Below, one piece after another: positions 61,018 through 64,000 of a stretch of 64,000 bases of DNA. The stretch covers positions 248,001-312,000 of the forward strand of contig JBPGPT010000010.1 of NCBI GenBank assembly GCA_051047955.1, in the 5' to 3' direction. How positions within the stretch are numbered: position 1 is the first letter of the stretch; each line of letters begins with the position of its first letter. Made by a program: the position numbers and the translations under genes. The DNA comes from Cystobasidiomycetes sp. EMM_F5 (taxonomy: Eukaryota). The notes below the pieces were generated by a model. It searched no databases. It had not been told where the DNA came from and worked only from the letters and a program-made list of their open reading frames with translations.

Positions 61018-64000
61018 ATGCCCACTGCCCTCCGGCTGGTCGATGACGGGGGACTCACCTCGTTTCCGCTGTCGCACTCGCTCCCGGCCAGTCCGCTGAG
61101 CCCAGAGGATGCGACATTCTCCATCCTCCCGCGGTATCTGCTGCAAAAGGTCAAGAGCACTTTTACTGCCGCACCGGGGGATGCTGGGCAGTCTAACACT
61201 TCAGCTGACAACAGCGTCAACAATTACAAGTCGGCGTCAAAGCAGGCATTCACCAACAACACTCCCCGCTATGCTTCAAACACCTCTGCATCCCAGCCTG
61301 CGTCCCGTCCAGCTTCACCGGCACTCGCTGCGGTCGGCAGTGGCACACGTGATTCAGCACTGTCGCACCGCAAGCTAAACACTGCAAGGACTGCATCCTC
61401 GTCGGCAGCAACGAGATCATCGTCCCCAGTGTCGGATGCGCCTGTGCGATACAATCCGGAAATCAACAGATGGACCCAGGAGATTGCTAATGCTGGCAGC
61501 TTGGTCAGCGCCCACGGACCAGGGGATTCTGTCGTCTCGAGGAATCCCCGCTTGGCCAGTCTGAGCGGTGGAAAGAGGAGAGCCGCTGCTCCCGTCCTCT
61601 CGAAGCCTCTCCCCGATACGGCCATCAACGGTCGACCCGTAGCAGGAGGTTCCGAACGGCTGTCATACCTATCTAGCGGACTGGCAGGCGGTTACGGTCT
61701 GAATCACATTCCGATGCAACCTAGTTCTCTGTCCCGGTCGCACTTACGCTCGCTCGAAACACTAGACGAATCTCCAGTAGATACAACCAGCAAATCTAGC
61801 TATTTCCAGCCAGCGTCAGTCCCGCGCGGCCAAGGCTACTCTGCTATACCAGGATTCCCCTTACTCAACAGGGATCCAAATGAAGACGCTAGATCGGTAG
61901 TCTCCTCCGCAGCAGCTTCCACTAATGGCGTGGCACAGATCTTCAAACGATTAAAAGGCGAATCTCTGAGTAGGGAGTACTGGATGGCCGACGAGCACGC
62001 TTCAGAGTGTTACGATTGCAATGCTGCCTTTACAGCATGGCGAAGAAAGCATCGTGAGCATATACGTGCACGTCTTATTAGCATGGCATCTTACCGTCTT
62101 TCTGAACCACCCAGACTGTCGCGTATGTGGGCGAATATTCTGTGCGCGGTGTGCGTCAAATATCATACCCGGTGCTCGGTTCGGGCATGAAGGTCTGGTG
62201 CGCGTCTGTAACATATGTCTAGCTATGCTTAGTCATAGTCACCGTACTACGGCCGGAGACCCCGGACAGGATGATGCCCCTCTCAAGCCTTCCACCAGCG
62301 TGGCACAACAGCTACTCAACGCAAGTATTGGCGCAAATTTCGGAGGCCTGAATGAAAGGCCAGGTCTCCCGACTTCTCAGTCCGTCGCCGACCTGAAAAT
62401 CTCGCTTCCAATCGAGAGCACGTATCGAGCACCACAAAGCCAATTCTCCGCATCTGTGCTCTTCCCGAGAAATGACTTTTCCAATTACAATCTCGCTGCG
62501 AATCTATCGAGCGAAGACTTGTCCCTGTTGGCGCGGCGCAATCGCCGGAGTTCAGAGGTGTCAATGATGCGACCCGAGACGCCAGACGTCCATTATGACA
62601 GTGCTCCTCCAACACCATGGCATCCAACTCTAGGCACTTCGATACAGTTTCTGCCACAAGGCGAGTCTCATGCACTTCCCTCTGCCGTCTCACCGCTGTT
62701 CGGCTCCGCTGCACCCAGTACCAATGCATCTCCATCGATGCCTGCAGCTACTCCAGCGCCCTTCCGCACGACATTGCGCGATGATGACAAGGGACTGCAC
62801 ACGGAAGAACGTGGATTTGGCGAAACTGAAGGAGAGACTTCGTCGACATCGCTTGCTGCCTACGTTAGTGCGTCTGTGAGCGGCACAGGCTCTCCCGTGC
62901 ACTCTGATGAAGGGCGCGTCGTAATGAACGCCAACGAAGGTCTGGGACTCATTATGCCGCCTGGTCATTCAGGCTTGATGTCACCTCAGAAATCAGCGGA
63001 TGCGCTTCGTCACACCGTATCTTTTCCCACACTGGGCGGCTCTCACCCTGCTTCAACCATACCGGATTTACCGTCTTACGACCCCAGCCTGATCGGCGGC
63101 CCGGCAACTTCTTCTGGCGGAAGACCTGGCACTCCATCTGCGCTGTCCGGGCCGATAGGTTCCACGATCGGCAGTCTCTTGGGTATGCCTCCCATCCGAT
63201 CCAGGTTGGACTCCAGAGCTGCCGACCAAGTTTTTGATTTTGGCGATCTCGATACAAGACGTCTAAGCGAAACTCATGAACTGCCACAGGTCTATCGAAG
63301 CCAGTCTCGTAGTCTGAGCTTTGTGAATGATGTAGAGCTCGCTTCCGCGGCTCTTGGGCATATACGCCGACTCCTCCGTCAGCAACTCAAACAAGCTCAG
63401 GTATCGAAAGCTGACATCTGGCAAGAAGAATTACTACGTATACTGGTCAATGTGGCCAGATGGCCAATGCCCGACGTTGCAGCTGGAGACTCGATGGATG
63501 TTCGAAAGTACGTCAAGATCAAGCGAGTACCGGGTGGCCTTCCTTCCGATAGCGAGTATGTGGATGGTACAGTCTTCACAAAGAGCCTCCTCAACAAGTC
63601 TTTGCCTCGCATGATCTCCAATCCCCGTGTAATGCTCTTCAACTATGCATTCGAGTTTGAGCACGACGAGTCAAAGATGGTCAAGCTCGATTCTTTGCGA
63701 GAGTCGGAACGGGACTCGCTACGCAAGCTGTGTAATTCGGTCATTGATCATAGACCAAATATTGTTTTGGTCGCAAAAGGCGTCTCTGGCCTCGCTCTAG
63801 ATTACCTACACAAGGCTCACATCATTGTCGCCAGGAACGTCAAACAGTCCGTATTGAAGGCAGTAGCGCGGAGTACGGGGGCGGGGATACACACAACATA
63901 CCAGCACTTTCCGGACACCATCAAATCTGGACGATGCCGTGCTTTTCGAGCCGAGACGGTGGAGCATAGTCTGATTCCAGGTCGCCGCAAGACCATGATG
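61018..64000 (+). CDS. FAB1: PI3P 5-kinase Fab1/PIKfyve, 5' part (runs off the window)
   Basis: FYVE domain YWMADEHASECYDC...RRKH|HCRVCGRIFCARC...VRVCNIC; CCT/TCP1-like domain MDVRKYVKIKRVPGG. Confidence 0.92.

Noticed and set aside
1..64000. CRISPR arrays, prokaryotic defence operons, tRNA/rRNA genes, intact transposons, TPP riboswitch
   Set aside because: The sequence is intron-rich fungal DNA; no spaced direct repeats, RT/integrase/DDE motifs, cloverleafs or TPP aptamer consensus were seen by eye.

Overview
Eukaryotic, not prokaryotic: a gene-dense fungal region, probably from a basidiomycete yeast (inferred from short ~50-100 nt GT/GC-AG introns with CTRAY branch points and fungal-type genes). 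About 26 protein-coding genes can be assembled by splicing the ORF fragments by eye. In order: a secreted TAP-like alpha/beta hydrolase; a convergent Ctr copper transporter and FRE-type metalloreductase; two unknown proteins; a secreted Dabb-barrel protein; a GRE2/ARI1-like reductase; a Zn2Cys6 transcription factor; a secreted PPPDE-like protein; an SRF1-like protein; PIG-Y; a DEAH helicase; GET1; a type-2 asparaginase; an intronless tyrosinase; a possible MULE/FAR1-type zinc-finger protein; U1-C; DBP8; a small secreted protein; sulfite oxidase; an unknown gene; a CCCH protein; GDI1; eIF3m; LTV1; NTE1; and the 5' part of FAB1. No CRISPR array, tRNA, rRNA or intact transposon was seen. The most notable signals not in the ORF track are: (i) an H/ACA-snoRNA-like structured RNA in an oversized GDI1 intron; (ii) two consecutive GC-AG introns in the U1-C gene, a possible splicing feedback loop; (iii) a signal-peptide-bearing permuted-papain-like protein; (iv) the intronless tyrosinase. 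All exon boundaries were inferred manually and none were checked with tools.
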